Source of the DNA: Candidatus Methanophagaceae archaeon
GTDB lineage: Archaea; Halobacteriota; Syntropharchaeia; Alkanophagales; Methanospirareceae
DNA length: 64,000 nucleotides
Direction: 5' to 3'
NCBI GenBank assembly: GCA_003194425.1
Contig: PQXB01000001.1
Span: 263,522 to 327,521 of the forward strand
The translations under genes were made by a program, and so were the position numbers. This document shows, one piece after another, positions 19,890 through 29,398 of this stretch. A model generated the notes under the pieces. That model saw only the letters and a list, made by a program, of their open reading frames with translations, was not told the DNA's origin and did not search any database. Every line of letters begins with the position of its first letter. Positions within the stretch are counted from its first letter, which is position 1.

Positions 19890-21893
19890 ATGAAAACAAA
19901 ACAAGATGAGAAAAATAAATCAAAAGCGAAGACAAAGACAAAGGCGATTTACGCGGTGCTACTGCTGGTAGTTTTGGCGCTCGGAGTTTTAGTCGCAGTG
20001 CCAAGCGGTGCGGCAGCAGAAGAGCAGACAGCAGAAGAAAAAACGATTGCGGAGTTGCAGCAAGAGATTTACGAGCAGGGCTACAACTACACGGTCGCCG
20101 AGAACAGGATTACGAGACTTCCGGCAGAAGAGAGAGCGGCAGTCTGCGGCTACAAACCGCTGAAAGCACCCGAAGATCCTGTTCCAGACGAAAATATCAG
20201 GTTCGTTGCTGACGCACCGAGCAGTCAAGGAGCGAAAACAGAAGCAGAGGCAGAAGTCAGGGCGCCAAGTTCTTACGACGCGATGGCACTCGGATTTGTG
20301 ACGCCTGTAAAAGACCAGAGTTATCCTATTCCGTGTGGCAGTTGCTGGATCTTCGGAGCGACCGCGGAATTCGAGTCTGATGTCGCGATCGGCGAAGGAA
20401 CGCTGCTTGACTTCGCGGAGCAGGAGGTCGGGGACTGCAACATTTGGTCAAGCGTCGGCGGCTACGACTTCTGCGACGGCGGGAACGCGTTTATGACCAC
20501 TAACTTCTTTACCAAGCACGGCGCAGCGGACGAAGCCTGCCACCCCTACGCAGCGACACCGCAGACCTGCCAAGACTGCCCTATTCTAAAGAAAGTGGAC
20601 AACTGGCGGATGATTACGGGCAGCAGCGGGGAAAGCCAAATAACGACAATCAAGAACGCGATTCTGAACTACGGACCTGTCTACTCAACAATCTACGCAA
20701 ACGCAGGATTCAAGGCTTACAACAGCGGCGTCTACGAGTACTGGGAAGCAAACGAGACGAACCACGCGATAGAAATTATCGGCTGGGACGACTCGAAAGT
20801 GCACTCGCACGGAACCGGAGCGTGGCTGATAAAGAACAGTTGGGGAACAGATTGGGGAACAGCGGGACCGTACCCGGGCTGCGCCTGGGTAGCGTACGGA
20901 GCAGCAAACCTCGGGGACTACACGAGTGCAGTCACAGGCTACAACGACTTCAACACGGACGACGAGATTTTCTACCACGACGAGTGCGGCTGGATGGGGT
21001 GGTGCACGGGTTACGACACGCCAACAGCCTACGGAGCGGTGCGTTTCACGCCAACGCAGGACACGACACTGACCGCGGTTGACTTCTGGGCTGTTGACCC
21101 AGGAATGCAGTACGAGATAAAAATATTCGACACCCGAAATGCAGTAGGCAGCGGAAAATACACCTTCAGCAGCCAACTCGGCATTACTCAAACAGTAACC
21201 ACAAACGAGCCGGGCTACTACTCCGTGCCACTCACGACAACAGTGCCACTAACAGCAGGCGACGACTTCATCGTGCAGGTGAAAGCAACGACTACGACCG
21301 GCTGGGGCTACCCAGCACCGATCGACTACTGCACTGACTCAGACCTGAACTGGGCGGGAATTGCAACCTCTTCAGGCGAGAGTTACGTGAGCCCTGACGG
21401 GACGGAGTTTGAGAAATACGGCACCGGCGGGAAAGACCTCGGAATAAGAGCCAGAGCAGAGCGAGAAGCCCCGGAAGAACCAGAAATCAGCGTAGAGACA
21501 GACAAGTTCGAGTACTGCCTCGGCGAGACGATGGAAATTAAAATAGCAGTCTCAAACCCGACGAGCAGCCCAGTAACTTTGAAATGGTTCTTTGGGTCGC
21601 CCACGCTGGGAGTTTGGCTGCCGATGTACGTAGGCTCGCTGCCTGCAGGCTACGCGAACACTTTTGTAGTGCCGCTGCCCGTCGAGAAGTGGAGCGAGAC
21701 GCCGTTCAGTGCGGTCTGGTACGTGGACTTGCAGGACCCGGAAACAGGAAAAGAGTTAGCAGCGGACTGTGCGTGCTGGTCGTACGCCTACCCGTACTGC
21801 CCGAAGTGTGAGTCAGAGCCAAAGCTAACGCAGCCTTTAGAAAAAATAGCAGCAGGAAGAGAAATAGGAGAACAAATAAAAGGCTCTGCGTAA
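19890..21893 (+). CDS. Secreted papain-like cysteine protease (C1) with the shared C-terminal domain
   Basis: Cys motif CGSCWIFGA, His motif NHAIEIIGWDD, KNSWGTDWG; signal peptide; C-terminal ETDKFEYCLGETMEI...CWSYAYPY. Confidence 0.85.
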   Translation: MKTKQDEKNKSKAKTKTKAIYAVLLLVVLALGVLVAVPSGAAAEEQTAEEKTIAELQQEIYEQGYNYTVAENRITRLPAEERAAVCGYKPLKAPEDPVPDENIRFVADAPSSQGAKTEAEAEVRAPSSYDAMALGFVTPVKDQSYPIPCGSCWIFGATAEFESDVAIGEGTLLDFAEQEVGDCNIWSSVGGYDFCDGGNAFMTTNFFTKHGAADEACHPYAATPQTCQDCPILKKVDNWRMITGSSGESQITTIKNAILNYGPVYSTIYANAGFKAYNSGVYEYWEANETNHAIEIIGWDDSKVHSHGTGAWLIKNSWGTDWGTAGPYPGCAWVAYGAANLGDYTSAVTGYNDFNTDDEIFYHDECGWMGWCTGYDTPTAYGAVRFTPTQDTTLTAVDFWAVDPGMQYEIKIFDTRNAVGSGKYTFSSQLGITQTVTTNEPGYYSVPLTTTVPLTAGDDFIVQVKATTTTGWGYPAPIDYCTDSDLNWAGIATSSGESYVSPDGTEFEKYGTGGKDLGIRARAEREAPEEPEISVETDKFEYCLGETMEIKIAVSNPTSSPVTLKWFFGSPTLGVWLPMYVGSLPAGYANTFVVPLPVEKWSETPFSAVWYVDLQDPETGKELAADCACWSYAYPYCPKCESEPKLTQPLEKIAAGREIGEQIKGSA

Positions 21894-21949
21894 CGCGCAG
21901 GCGTGCAGGCGTGCGTAGCCTTGACAAAGAAACGGACTATAAAAAGTTT

Positions 21950-21985
21950 GGGGGGTTTCATTTTCCCCCTGTTTTTATTTTTTAT
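21950..21985. terminator. Hairpin plus T-tract downstream of the papain-like protease gene
   Basis: GGGGGG...CCCCC inverted repeat followed by T-rich run. Confidence 0.3.
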
Positions 21986-22032
21986 AAGAACTTCAGATTA
22001 GAAAAACAAGAAGAACTGCAGGAGAGATAAAA

Positions 22033-22905
22033 ATGACGAAAGAGGTAGAACAGGAGAAGAGGAGAATTTTGGTGACGCTTACGCCGTCGGAATCGAAGCG
22101 GCTAATTGCGAAAGGCGTGAAGAATTTGGAAGTGGTGCAGCGAGCGTTGAAGGACGGAACGGTCGTAGTCGGGCTGGGGACTACAAACGCGTTTGTGGCA
22201 GAGGAGATTTTGAGAGGGTTAGGCGAAGAGGCGAAAATAGAAATAGAGAAGCAGCGGTACGCAGCGGGCGTCGTAACAGCAAGAGGCACCTGCATCGTCG
22301 CGAAAGCAGAGCGAGAGCGAGATCTGATAATAAAAAAGGGCAGGGTCAGTGAAATAAGCAAAGGAGACAGGGGCGAAGAAATAAAGAACGCGGTAGAAGA
22401 GTTGTCCGCTGGCGATGTTTTTATAAAAGGTGCGAACGCGCTGGACGCAAGCGGAACCGCAGGCGTGCTCCTGGCTCACCCCACAGGCGGCACAATCGGC
22501 TCTGCGTTGGGAACGGTACTCGCACGGGGCGTTAATTTTGTCATTCCTGTTGGCATTGAGAAGACGATTCCTTTTCCTGTTGCAGAGGCTGCGAAGCGGG
22601 TTGGAATCGAACGGTTCTACAAGTCGGCGGCAAGTGGCGGCGGTAGCGGCGTGCCCGTTGGGTTAATGCCTGTGCACGGGAAGGTGGTTACCGAGGTGGA
22701 GGCACTCAAGATTTTGGGGGCAGAGGACGCTTTCCCGTTCGCAGCGGGCGGAGTGGACGGCGGCGAGGGGTCGGTCGTCCTTTGTGCCGAGAGCGGTGAA
22801 GAGAATGCGGAGAAGTTGGAGGCGTTGGCAGCGCTCGTAGCAGAAATAAAAGGTGAACCGCCCGTGAAATTAGAGGGAGTCGCGGTGGACTGCGGTCTGC
22901 AGTAG
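22033..22905 (+). CDS. Conserved hypothetical protein
   Basis: Clean 290-aa ORF with ATG and plausible globular composition; no family recognised. Confidence 0.5.
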   Translation: MTKEVEQEKRRILVTLTPSESKRLIAKGVKNLEVVQRALKDGTVVVGLGTTNAFVAEEILRGLGEEAKIEIEKQRYAAGVVTARGTCIVAKAERERDLIIKKGRVSEISKGDRGEEIKNAVEELSAGDVFIKGANALDASGTAGVLLAHPTGGTIGSALGTVLARGVNFVIPVGIEKTIPFPVAEAAKRVGIERFYKSAASGGGSGVPVGLMPVHGKVVTEVEALKILGAEDAFPFAAGGVDGGEGSVVLCAESGEENAEKLEALAALVAEIKGEPPVKLEGVAVDCGLQ

Positions 22906-22923
22906 AGGAGGAAAGAGGCGAAG

Positions 22924-23502
22924 GTGAAAGAAGAAAAGACGATTGAGAGCAGGCAGATTTACGGGGGGAGAAGACTTACCCTGCGGGTTGACACCGTCTC
23001 GTTGCCGAACGGCGAGACAAGAAGGCGAGAAATTGTCTCGCATCCGGGTGCGGCGGCTGTCGTTGCTTTGGTGGGCGGCGAGGGCGAGGACGAGGGCGAG
23101 GGCAAGGACGAGGGCGAGGACAAGAGCGAGGGAAGGGAGGAGGCGAAAGTGCTGTTAGTGGAGCAGTACCGAAAGGCGGTTGAGAGCAGCACTTTGGAGA
23201 TTCCCGCAGGCACGCTTGAGGAGGGCGAGTCGGCGCAGGAGTGTGCTGAGCGGGAACTGGTTGAGGAGACGGGTTTTCGTGCAGGGAAAATGGAGAGGTT
23301 GGTGGAATTTTATCCGTCGCCGGGTTTTAGCAGCGAGCTAATCTCGATCTTCAAAGCCACAGGGCTGAAGCAGGTTTCTGGGGTGGAAGCAGAGCTGTCG
23401 GTAAAGTTTGAGGGGGTGAAGGAGTTGTTGGCGAAGGTGAGGAGGGGGGAGCTAAAAGACGGCAAGACAATTGTTGGGGTTCTGAGCGTTTTATGCGAGT
23501 GA
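22924..23502 (+). CDS. NUDIX hydrolase (ADP-ribose pyrophosphatase-like)
   Basis: Nudix box GTLEEGESAQECAERELVEETGF; GTG start; acidic low-complexity insert. Confidence 0.75.
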   Translation: MKEEKTIESRQIYGGRRLTLRVDTVSLPNGETRRREIVSHPGAAAVVALVGGEGEDEGEGKDEGEDKSEGREEAKVLLVEQYRKAVESSTLEIPAGTLEEGESAQECAERELVEETGFRAGKMERLVEFYPSPGFSSELISIFKATGLKQVSGVEAELSVKFEGVKELLAKVRRGELKDGKTIVGVLSVLCE

Positions 23503-24728
23503 GGGTCGTAGTGGTGGGCTGCGGGTTTGGTGGCGTGGAGGTCGCAGGCGAGCTGCGAAAACGGGCGGCGGCACGAGGAAAGAGGAAGGAACTTGAACTC
23601 GAGGTTTTGATGCTTGATCGTAGAGCGAGGTTTGAGTACTTGGCGGCACTTCCCGAGATTTTAAGCGGGAAAGTTACGGGGGGGGAGATCTCCGCCGACT
23701 TAAGCAGATTCGCAGCGAAAATAGGTGCGGAATTCGTGAACGAGGAGGTTGTAAATATTAATTTTGCGGCGAAGACGGTAGAGACAAAGGGAAAAAGAGC
23801 AGAAGCAGGAGAAGGAGTAGGAGAGGGAGTAGGAGAGGGAGTAGGAGAAGGAGTGGGAAGACAAATTCCCTACGACTTTCTCGTGCTCTCCGTCGGTGCA
23901 GAGCAGACATTTTTCGGAATTCCGGGGGCAGAAGAGCGGTCGCACTCGGTTAACTCCTTGAAGGGCGCGGTAGAGACGAAGAACGCACTCGACCGTCTCA
24001 AACTCAAAGGCTCAAAGAAAGTCCGCGTGGTGGTCGTGGGTGCGGGGCTGACCGGGGTTGAGGTTGCAGGAGAGTTGGTCGATTATTTTGAGGGAGTGGC
24101 TGCGGAGATTTTTCTCGTAGAGGCGGCACCGAGAATTCTGCCTGCTTTTCCCTCCGCGAATCTCGCCAGGCGTGTAGCGAAATTCCTGTCTGGCAGGGGT
24201 GTTGAAATACTGACAGGAGAGGAGGCGCAAGAAGTAAGCGAGAAGGAAGTAACCTTTAGAGACGGGTCTAAACGCCACTACGACCTGCTCCTTTGGACGG
24301 CGGGGGTAAAGCCGAACCGCCTGCTTGAGCGTCTCGAACTTCAAAAGGAGAAGGGCTGGCTGAAGGTGGATTCTTGTCTTCGCGTGGCAGGTGGCAGGGT
24401 GAAAAATGTTTTTGCGGTTGGGGACGCGGTGTGGTTCGAGAGAGGTGGTCTTCGTTCAGGTCAGAATGTAGAAGAAGCAGAGAGGCAGGGCAGAGTCGCA
24501 GCCGCGAATATTGTAAGAGCAGTAAGAGGAAGAGGAAAAGGTGGAAGAAAAGGAGGAGGCGAAAAATTGAAGCCCTACAAGCCAAAGAACACGACGCAGA
24601 ACCCGCGAGCGTTTATTTCGCTTGGCGGCGACAAAGCAGTGATTTTTTTTCGCGGGCTGGCATTCGGGGTCGTTGCCTACCGGTTGAAGAAGTTCGTTGA
24701 GCGGCGGTATTTGAGGAGATTTAAGTAG
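23493..24728 (+). CDS. FAD/NAD(P)-dependent pyridine-nucleotide-disulfide-type oxidoreductase (NADH dehydrogenase-like)
   Basis: Two Rossmann motifs VVVVGCGFGGVE and VVVVGAGLTGVE; (GEGV)4 insert. Confidence 0.7.
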   Translation: MRVRVVVVGCGFGGVEVAGELRKRAAARGKRKELELEVLMLDRRARFEYLAALPEILSGKVTGGEISADLSRFAAKIGAEFVNEEVVNINFAAKTVETKGKRAEAGEGVGEGVGEGVGEGVGRQIPYDFLVLSVGAEQTFFGIPGAEERSHSVNSLKGAVETKNALDRLKLKGSKKVRVVVVGAGLTGVEVAGELVDYFEGVAAEIFLVEAAPRILPAFPSANLARRVAKFLSGRGVEILTGEEAQEVSEKEVTFRDGSKRHYDLLLWTAGVKPNRLLERLELQKEKGWLKVDSCLRVAGGRVKNVFAVGDAVWFERGGLRSGQNVEEAERQGRVAAANIVRAVRGRGKGGRKGGGEKLKPYKPKNTTQNPRAFISLGGDKAVIFFRGLAFGVVAYRLKKFVERRYLRRFK

Positions 24729-24753
24729 CACCTTATTTTTTTAAATATTATTT

Positions 24754-26214
24754 ATGCCGTCTAATTCTAACCAAACGTTTGCGAGAGTGGTTGTAGTTGC
24801 TGCGGTCTGCGTCTTTAGCACGCAATTTGGCGTTACTGTGGTCGCGCCACTGCTCGGCGGGTGGGTGGCGGCGTCAGAAACACCGTTCCTCGTGGCAGCG
24901 TTGATTTTCTCGGCTTTTACACTCGTTAGCGCACCGCTTGGAGTTCCGGGCGGCGTTCTTTCAGACAGGCTCGGGCGGAAACCGCTGGTCGTGGCAGGGC
25001 TGCTGCTTTACGCTGCGGCGTCGGTTCTCTTTCCGTTTTCGGACGACCCTTACGACTGGATTTTTGTGCGGGCGCTGCAGGGAGCGGGTGCGGGCTTGTT
25101 CTTCCCTGCGGTTAGTGCTCTGCTTGCGGAGGTTACGAGCCAGGACCACGAGGAACGAGGAGAGGAACGAGGAGGAGAGCAGGGAGAGGAGCGGGGGCGT
25201 GCGTTCAGCGTGTACAACATCGGGCTGGGCGTTGGTTTAGCAGCGGGACCGATTTCAGGCGGGCTTTTATTTGAGGCGTTCGGGATTTTCGTGCCGTTTC
25301 TGTTCTGCGTTGGGTTTGCGGTTCTGAGTGCGGTCTTGGTGGCGGTCTTGGTGCAGGAGCCGAGAGAGAGGTCAGAGCGGAGGAGGGGCGGCGGGTTGGC
25401 GTTGGGGTTGGCGTTAGGCGAGCGGGAGAGGCGGGCGTTGGGGACTGCTTGCGTGGTGATTTTTTTTGGAATCGGAGTTGCAGCGATTATGGAATCGCTG
25501 TTCTCTCCGTTTGCTACAAACGAACTGAGGCTCTCTACAGGCGTCGTCGGAGCGGTTCTTTCCGCGATGCTCGGTGTGTTTGCAACGCTCCAACTCGGCT
25601 TCAGCCGACTGATGCAGAAGGTTGGGGAGGTGGGGATTTCTGCTTTTGGGCTTTTTCTGTGTGCCGTTGGTCTGCTTATGCTTTACTTCGTAACCAGCGT
25701 TCCCAGCGTTCTGGGGCTGCTCTTGGTGAGTGCTGTTCTTGGTGCGGGTCTGGGTGCGGTCTCGCTCGGAACGCTGACGCTGGCGTCAGACGCGGTGGGA
25801 GCAGGCGGCGGAGTTCGCGGAGTAGGGGAGGAGAGAGGAAAAGGGGAGGAGAGAGGAGTAGGAGAGGAGAAAGGAGAAAGGGAGGAGAGAGGAAAAAGGG
25901 AGGAAAGAGGAGAAAGGGAGGAAAGAGGAGCAGGAGAGGAGAGAGGAGAAAGGGAGGAGAGAGGAGTAGGAGGAGGAAAAGTGATGGGAATTTACTACAC
26001 TGCGTTTTACGCAGGTCTTGGTGGCGTTCCGCTTGTCTGCGGGGTTTTTTCAGATATTTTAGGTGCGAGGCGGCTGTTCTTGGGCTACGCGGTGCTGCTC
26101 TTTGTCTTAGCGTTTGCAGTGTGGCAGGGCAGAGTGTTACGGAGGGGCAAGACACCGGCACCGTTTAACACAGAGGTTGCAAATAAAACACAAGAAGAAA
26201 AATTATGTTTGTAG
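24754..26214 (+). CDS. MFS transporter
   Basis: Multiple TM segments; MFS loop motif LSDRLGRKP; long Gly/Glu/Arg repeat insert. Confidence 0.7.
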   Translation: MPSNSNQTFARVVVVAAVCVFSTQFGVTVVAPLLGGWVAASETPFLVAALIFSAFTLVSAPLGVPGGVLSDRLGRKPLVVAGLLLYAAASVLFPFSDDPYDWIFVRALQGAGAGLFFPAVSALLAEVTSQDHEERGEERGGEQGEERGRAFSVYNIGLGVGLAAGPISGGLLFEAFGIFVPFLFCVGFAVLSAVLVAVLVQEPRERSERRRGGGLALGLALGERERRALGTACVVIFFGIGVAAIMESLFSPFATNELRLSTGVVGAVLSAMLGVFATLQLGFSRLMQKVGEVGISAFGLFLCAVGLLMLYFVTSVPSVLGLLLVSAVLGAGLGAVSLGTLTLASDAVGAGGGVRGVGEERGKGEERGVGEEKGEREERGKREERGEREERGAGEERGEREERGVGGGKVMGIYYTAFYAGLGGVPLVCGVFSDILGARRLFLGYAVLLFVLAFAVWQGRVLRRGKTPAPFNTEVANKTQEEKLCL

Positions 26215-27218
26215 GTGTAGACCACGGGACCAGTGGAATCCGTTTTGCGGGGCTAAAGAAGGAAAGAAGAAAAAGAGGAGTAGGAGAAGCGGAGGTCTGT
26301 GAGTTGTCGCGGGAGAGGGCGGCGGAGCTGAGCGGCGAGGAGATTTTAAGCGAGGTGGAGGGGGAGCTGAAGATTGAAAGAGACGGGATAAATTTGCTTG
26401 CACTGACCTACTCGATGGGAGACGGCTTCTCCAAGATAAAAAGCGTTGAGAAGGTGCCGAACAGGGGTGTGAGGAGCGGAGAAGGAGCAGGTGCAAGAGT
26501 CGGCGGCGGGACAAAGGTCTTTGACGCCCTGAAGGACGCAGGCGTTCCTGCGATTTTGATTCCGGGCATTCACGCTGGGAGCGAGAAGTTGGACCGCAGA
26601 ATGAAGTTCTTCTCGCACGGGGCGAGTCCCGAGAAAGTCGGCGTTGCGTACCACCTTTACAAGAAAGGCTTTGAGAACTTCATTTTTTCAGACATTAGTT
26701 CTAACACCGTTACGGTGGCGGTCGCGAGCGGGGTGGTAGTGGGGGCGGTGGACGCTTGCTTGGGCGCTCCTGGGTTGTTTCAGGGTCCGCTTGACCTTCA
26801 GCTGTTGCGGGAGATTGAGAGTGGGCGGGTAAGCGCGAACGAAGCGTTCTCAAACGCCGGCGTCCTGCGTAAGAGGTGGGTGGGCGGAGTAAGGGGCGGA
26901 GTAAGGGGCGGAGTAAGGAAAGAGGGAGAGGAGGAGTTGGTGCTCGACGCTCTCGCTTTGTTTGCGGCGATGGAAATCTCGGCGATGCAGGTTCTTATGC
27001 GAGATTGCGGCGTGGGTGTAGAAGCGTCTCGTGTTTTCCTTACAGGCTCGGTGGGTGAAAAGGAGGAGGTGAAGCGGAGGATCGAGAGGCTCTTGGACAG
27101 CGGCGACGGCGAGACCGAGACTTTAACGAGGTGGAGTGCGGCAGTAGGGTGTGCGGAGATTGCAAAGGATGTTTTTTACGGCGAGAGGGAGATATTGGGG
27201 ATCGAAGTGGAGTTGTGA
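26205..27218 (+). CDS. Hypothetical ASKHA-type ATPase-like protein (BadF/BadG/BcrA/BcrD-like N-terminus)
   Basis: N-terminal VGVDHGTSGIRFA phosphate-1-like motif; function not assignable. Confidence 0.45.
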   Translation: MFVGVDHGTSGIRFAGLKKERRKRGVGEAEVCELSRERAAELSGEEILSEVEGELKIERDGINLLALTYSMGDGFSKIKSVEKVPNRGVRSGEGAGARVGGGTKVFDALKDAGVPAILIPGIHAGSEKLDRRMKFFSHGASPEKVGVAYHLYKKGFENFIFSDISSNTVTVAVASGVVVGAVDACLGAPGLFQGPLDLQLLREIESGRVSANEAFSNAGVLRKRWVGGVRGGVRGGVRKEGEEELVLDALALFAAMEISAMQVLMRDCGVGVEASRVFLTGSVGEKEEVKRRIERLLDSGDGETETLTRWSAAVGCAEIAKDVFYGEREILGIEVEL

Positions 27219-27255
27219 GTGTTCCTAAGATGGTTATTGTGGGGGAGAAGCCGTT

Positions 27256-27690
27256 GTGAAAAAAGAGGACGCAAATAAAGCTTTATGGGACTATTATAAA
27301 ATATTGTCAGAACAATGCATACATGTAGGAACACAATTACATCGGAGTCTTTCTTTGAGTATCATGTGTATGATGTTATTTTTAACATTTACAGGGCTTT
27401 TGATAACTCAAAAGGTAAATTTTTCTTTTAATTTAGTTACTATAGGAATAGCTATTATCGACTTTGTAATTTTTTTGTTTTTCATTTCATCTGTTGGTTA
27501 TTATCTTCACCTACGAATTCATCTGCACAATATTTTTGGTACTGTTATGAAGATGGAAGAATTACAACGCGATATCCTTTTCGATAAAGTAAGTGAAGAT
27601 GAATTAGAAATGAGATTTGAAGGGGTTTATCCTTTTTTAAATGCCTCTAGATATAAAACAAAATGGAAAATTTTGTTTAGGAGATGGTAA
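27256..27690 (+). CDS. Hypothetical small membrane protein (AT-rich island)
   Basis: GTG start, hydrophobic segments, base composition markedly lower in GC than flanks. Confidence 0.4.
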   Translation: MKKEDANKALWDYYKILSEQCIHVGTQLHRSLSLSIMCMMLFLTFTGLLITQKVNFSFNLVTIGIAIIDFVIFLFFISSVGYYLHLRIHLHNIFGTVMKMEELQRDILFDKVSEDELEMRFEGVYPFLNASRYKTKWKILFRRW

Positions 27691-27933
27691 ATGGCGTAAT
27701 GATACAAAAATTAGTAAATATTCTTTTATTTAAAAGAAAGGAAATATTAAAAAGGTGGTTGAAAATGAAAGGCGCTAAAAAAGTTCATTTCCCTGTTCTC
27801 GTGGAGAGGGATGAAAATGGTTTTTTGTGGTTGAATGTCCTTTTCTTCAAGGGTGCTACATACAGGGCAAAACGCTGGACCAGGCGTTGAAAAACAGAAC
27901 ATGCATGAAGAGAAGAAAAAGAGCAAAAGAATA

Positions 27934-29370
27934 ATGGAACTAAACCGATTGTACTACGGCGACAACTTAACGATTCTCCGAAGATACTTTCCTGACGAGT
28001 CGGTAGACCTGATTTATTTAGACCCGCCGTTCAACTCCAACGCCTCTTACAACATCCTTTTTAAAGAGCCGGGGACAGGCGGCGAGCAGTCAGCCGCGCA
28101 AATTACCGCCTTCGACGACACTTGGCACTGGACAAGCGAGAGCGAGCAGACGTTCCAAGAGATTGTTAAGACCGCTCCTGCGACGGTTGTTAATTTAATG
28201 ACCGCGTTGAAGGACGCTATTCACAGAAACGACCTGCTGGCTTACCTCACGATGATGTGCATTCGGCTTCTTGAGTTGAAGCGAGTTTTGAAGCAGACTG
28301 GCTCTCTTTATTTGCACTGCGACCCGACCGCGAGTCATTACTTGAAGATCCTTCTAGACGCTATCTTTGGAAAGGAGAATTTCAGGAATGAAATAATTTG
28401 GAGTTATCGAAGATGGCCAGCAAAGCAGGAAAATTTTCAGAGGATGCACGACACGATTTTGCGTTACTCAAAAACAGAGAAAGTCATTTGGAACCAACTT
28501 TTTGAACCACTCGCAAAATCGACTTTAAAAGCGGATGGCGGAAATAAAATTCTTAATGTTTTTGATCCAGATACAGGAAAACGGATTCGTGGTAAAAAAA
28601 CGGGCGAAAAATCTCTGGGCGCACCGTTGCGAGATGTGTGGGAAATTTCAGTAATCGCACCAACTGCCAAAGAGCGTGTTGGCTACCGAACGCAGAAGCC
28701 CGAAGCCCTCCTTGAACGCATCATAAAAGCGTCCTCAAACGAGGGCGACGTGGTCTTAGACCCGTTCTGCGGCTGCGGGACTGCAGTAGCAGTTGCCGAG
28801 AGACTCGGTCGCCGCTGGATTGGAATTGACATCACGCATCTCGCTATCAATTTAATAAAAGGGAGATTAAAAGACAATTTCCCAGAGATTGCGTTTTCGG
28901 TCGTCGGCGAGCCAGTAGATTTAGCAGGTGCCGAAGCGTTAGCAAGACAGAACCGCTACCAATTTCAGTGGTGGGCACTCTCGCTAGTCGACGCCAGACC
29001 GTTCGGCGATAAAAAGAAAGGTGCTGACACTGGAATCGACGGCTTCTACTACTTCAACGACGGCGGGACGACAAAGAAGGCGGTCGTCTCTGTTAAGAGC
29101 GGGAAAGTAGGCGTAAGCCAAATCCGAGAGCTAAACGCGGTCGTAGAACGCGAAAAGGCGGAAATGGGCTTCTTCTTGACTCTAAAAACTCCAACAGCAG
29201 CAATGAAAGAAGCAGCCACTGGTGAAGGCTTTTATTTAGATTCCTTCGGGAATAAATATCCGAAGCTGCAACTCTTTACAATTGAAGAACTTCTTAACAA
29301 TAAAAGTCCAGACACGCCGCAAAAAGTCGGTCTCTTTGAATCTTACCGAGCAAAAAAATCAAAAGGATAA
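27934..29370 (+). CDS. DNA methyltransferase (N4/N6 beta-class) with C-terminal Mrr-like PD-(D/E)xK-fold domain
   Basis: Motif IV DPPFNS, motif I DPFCGCGTAV; C-terminal GADTGIDG...VSVKSGK...LFTIEELL; ORF is open from 27835, ATG 27934 (MELNRLYYGDN) preferred. Confidence 0.75.
   Translation: MELNRLYYGDNLTILRRYFPDESVDLIYLDPPFNSNASYNILFKEPGTGGEQSAAQITAFDDTWHWTSESEQTFQEIVKTAPATVVNLMTALKDAIHRNDLLAYLTMMCIRLLELKRVLKQTGSLYLHCDPTASHYLKILLDAIFGKENFRNEIIWSYRRWPAKQENFQRMHDTILRYSKTEKVIWNQLFEPLAKSTLKADGGNKILNVFDPDTGKRIRGKKTGEKSLGAPLRDVWEISVIAPTAKERVGYRTQKPEALLERIIKASSNEGDVVLDPFCGCGTAVAVAERLGRRWIGIDITHLAINLIKGRLKDNFPEIAFSVVGEPVDLAGAEALARQNRYQFQWWALSLVDARPFGDKKKGADTGIDGFYYFNDGGTTKKAVVSVKSGKVGVSQIRELNAVVEREKAEMGFFLTLKTPTAAMKEAATGEGFYLDSFGNKYPKLQLFTIEELLNNKSPDTPQKVGLFESYRAKKSKG
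28951..29355 (+). repeat. Direct repeat copy A (~0.4 kb) flanking pyrF
   Basis: About 90% identical to 30121..30525 with several perfectly identical blocks of 43-64 nt. Confidence 0.85.
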
Positions 29371-29398
29371 AGGCAGAATAAGTTAATGAGGAAAAAGG

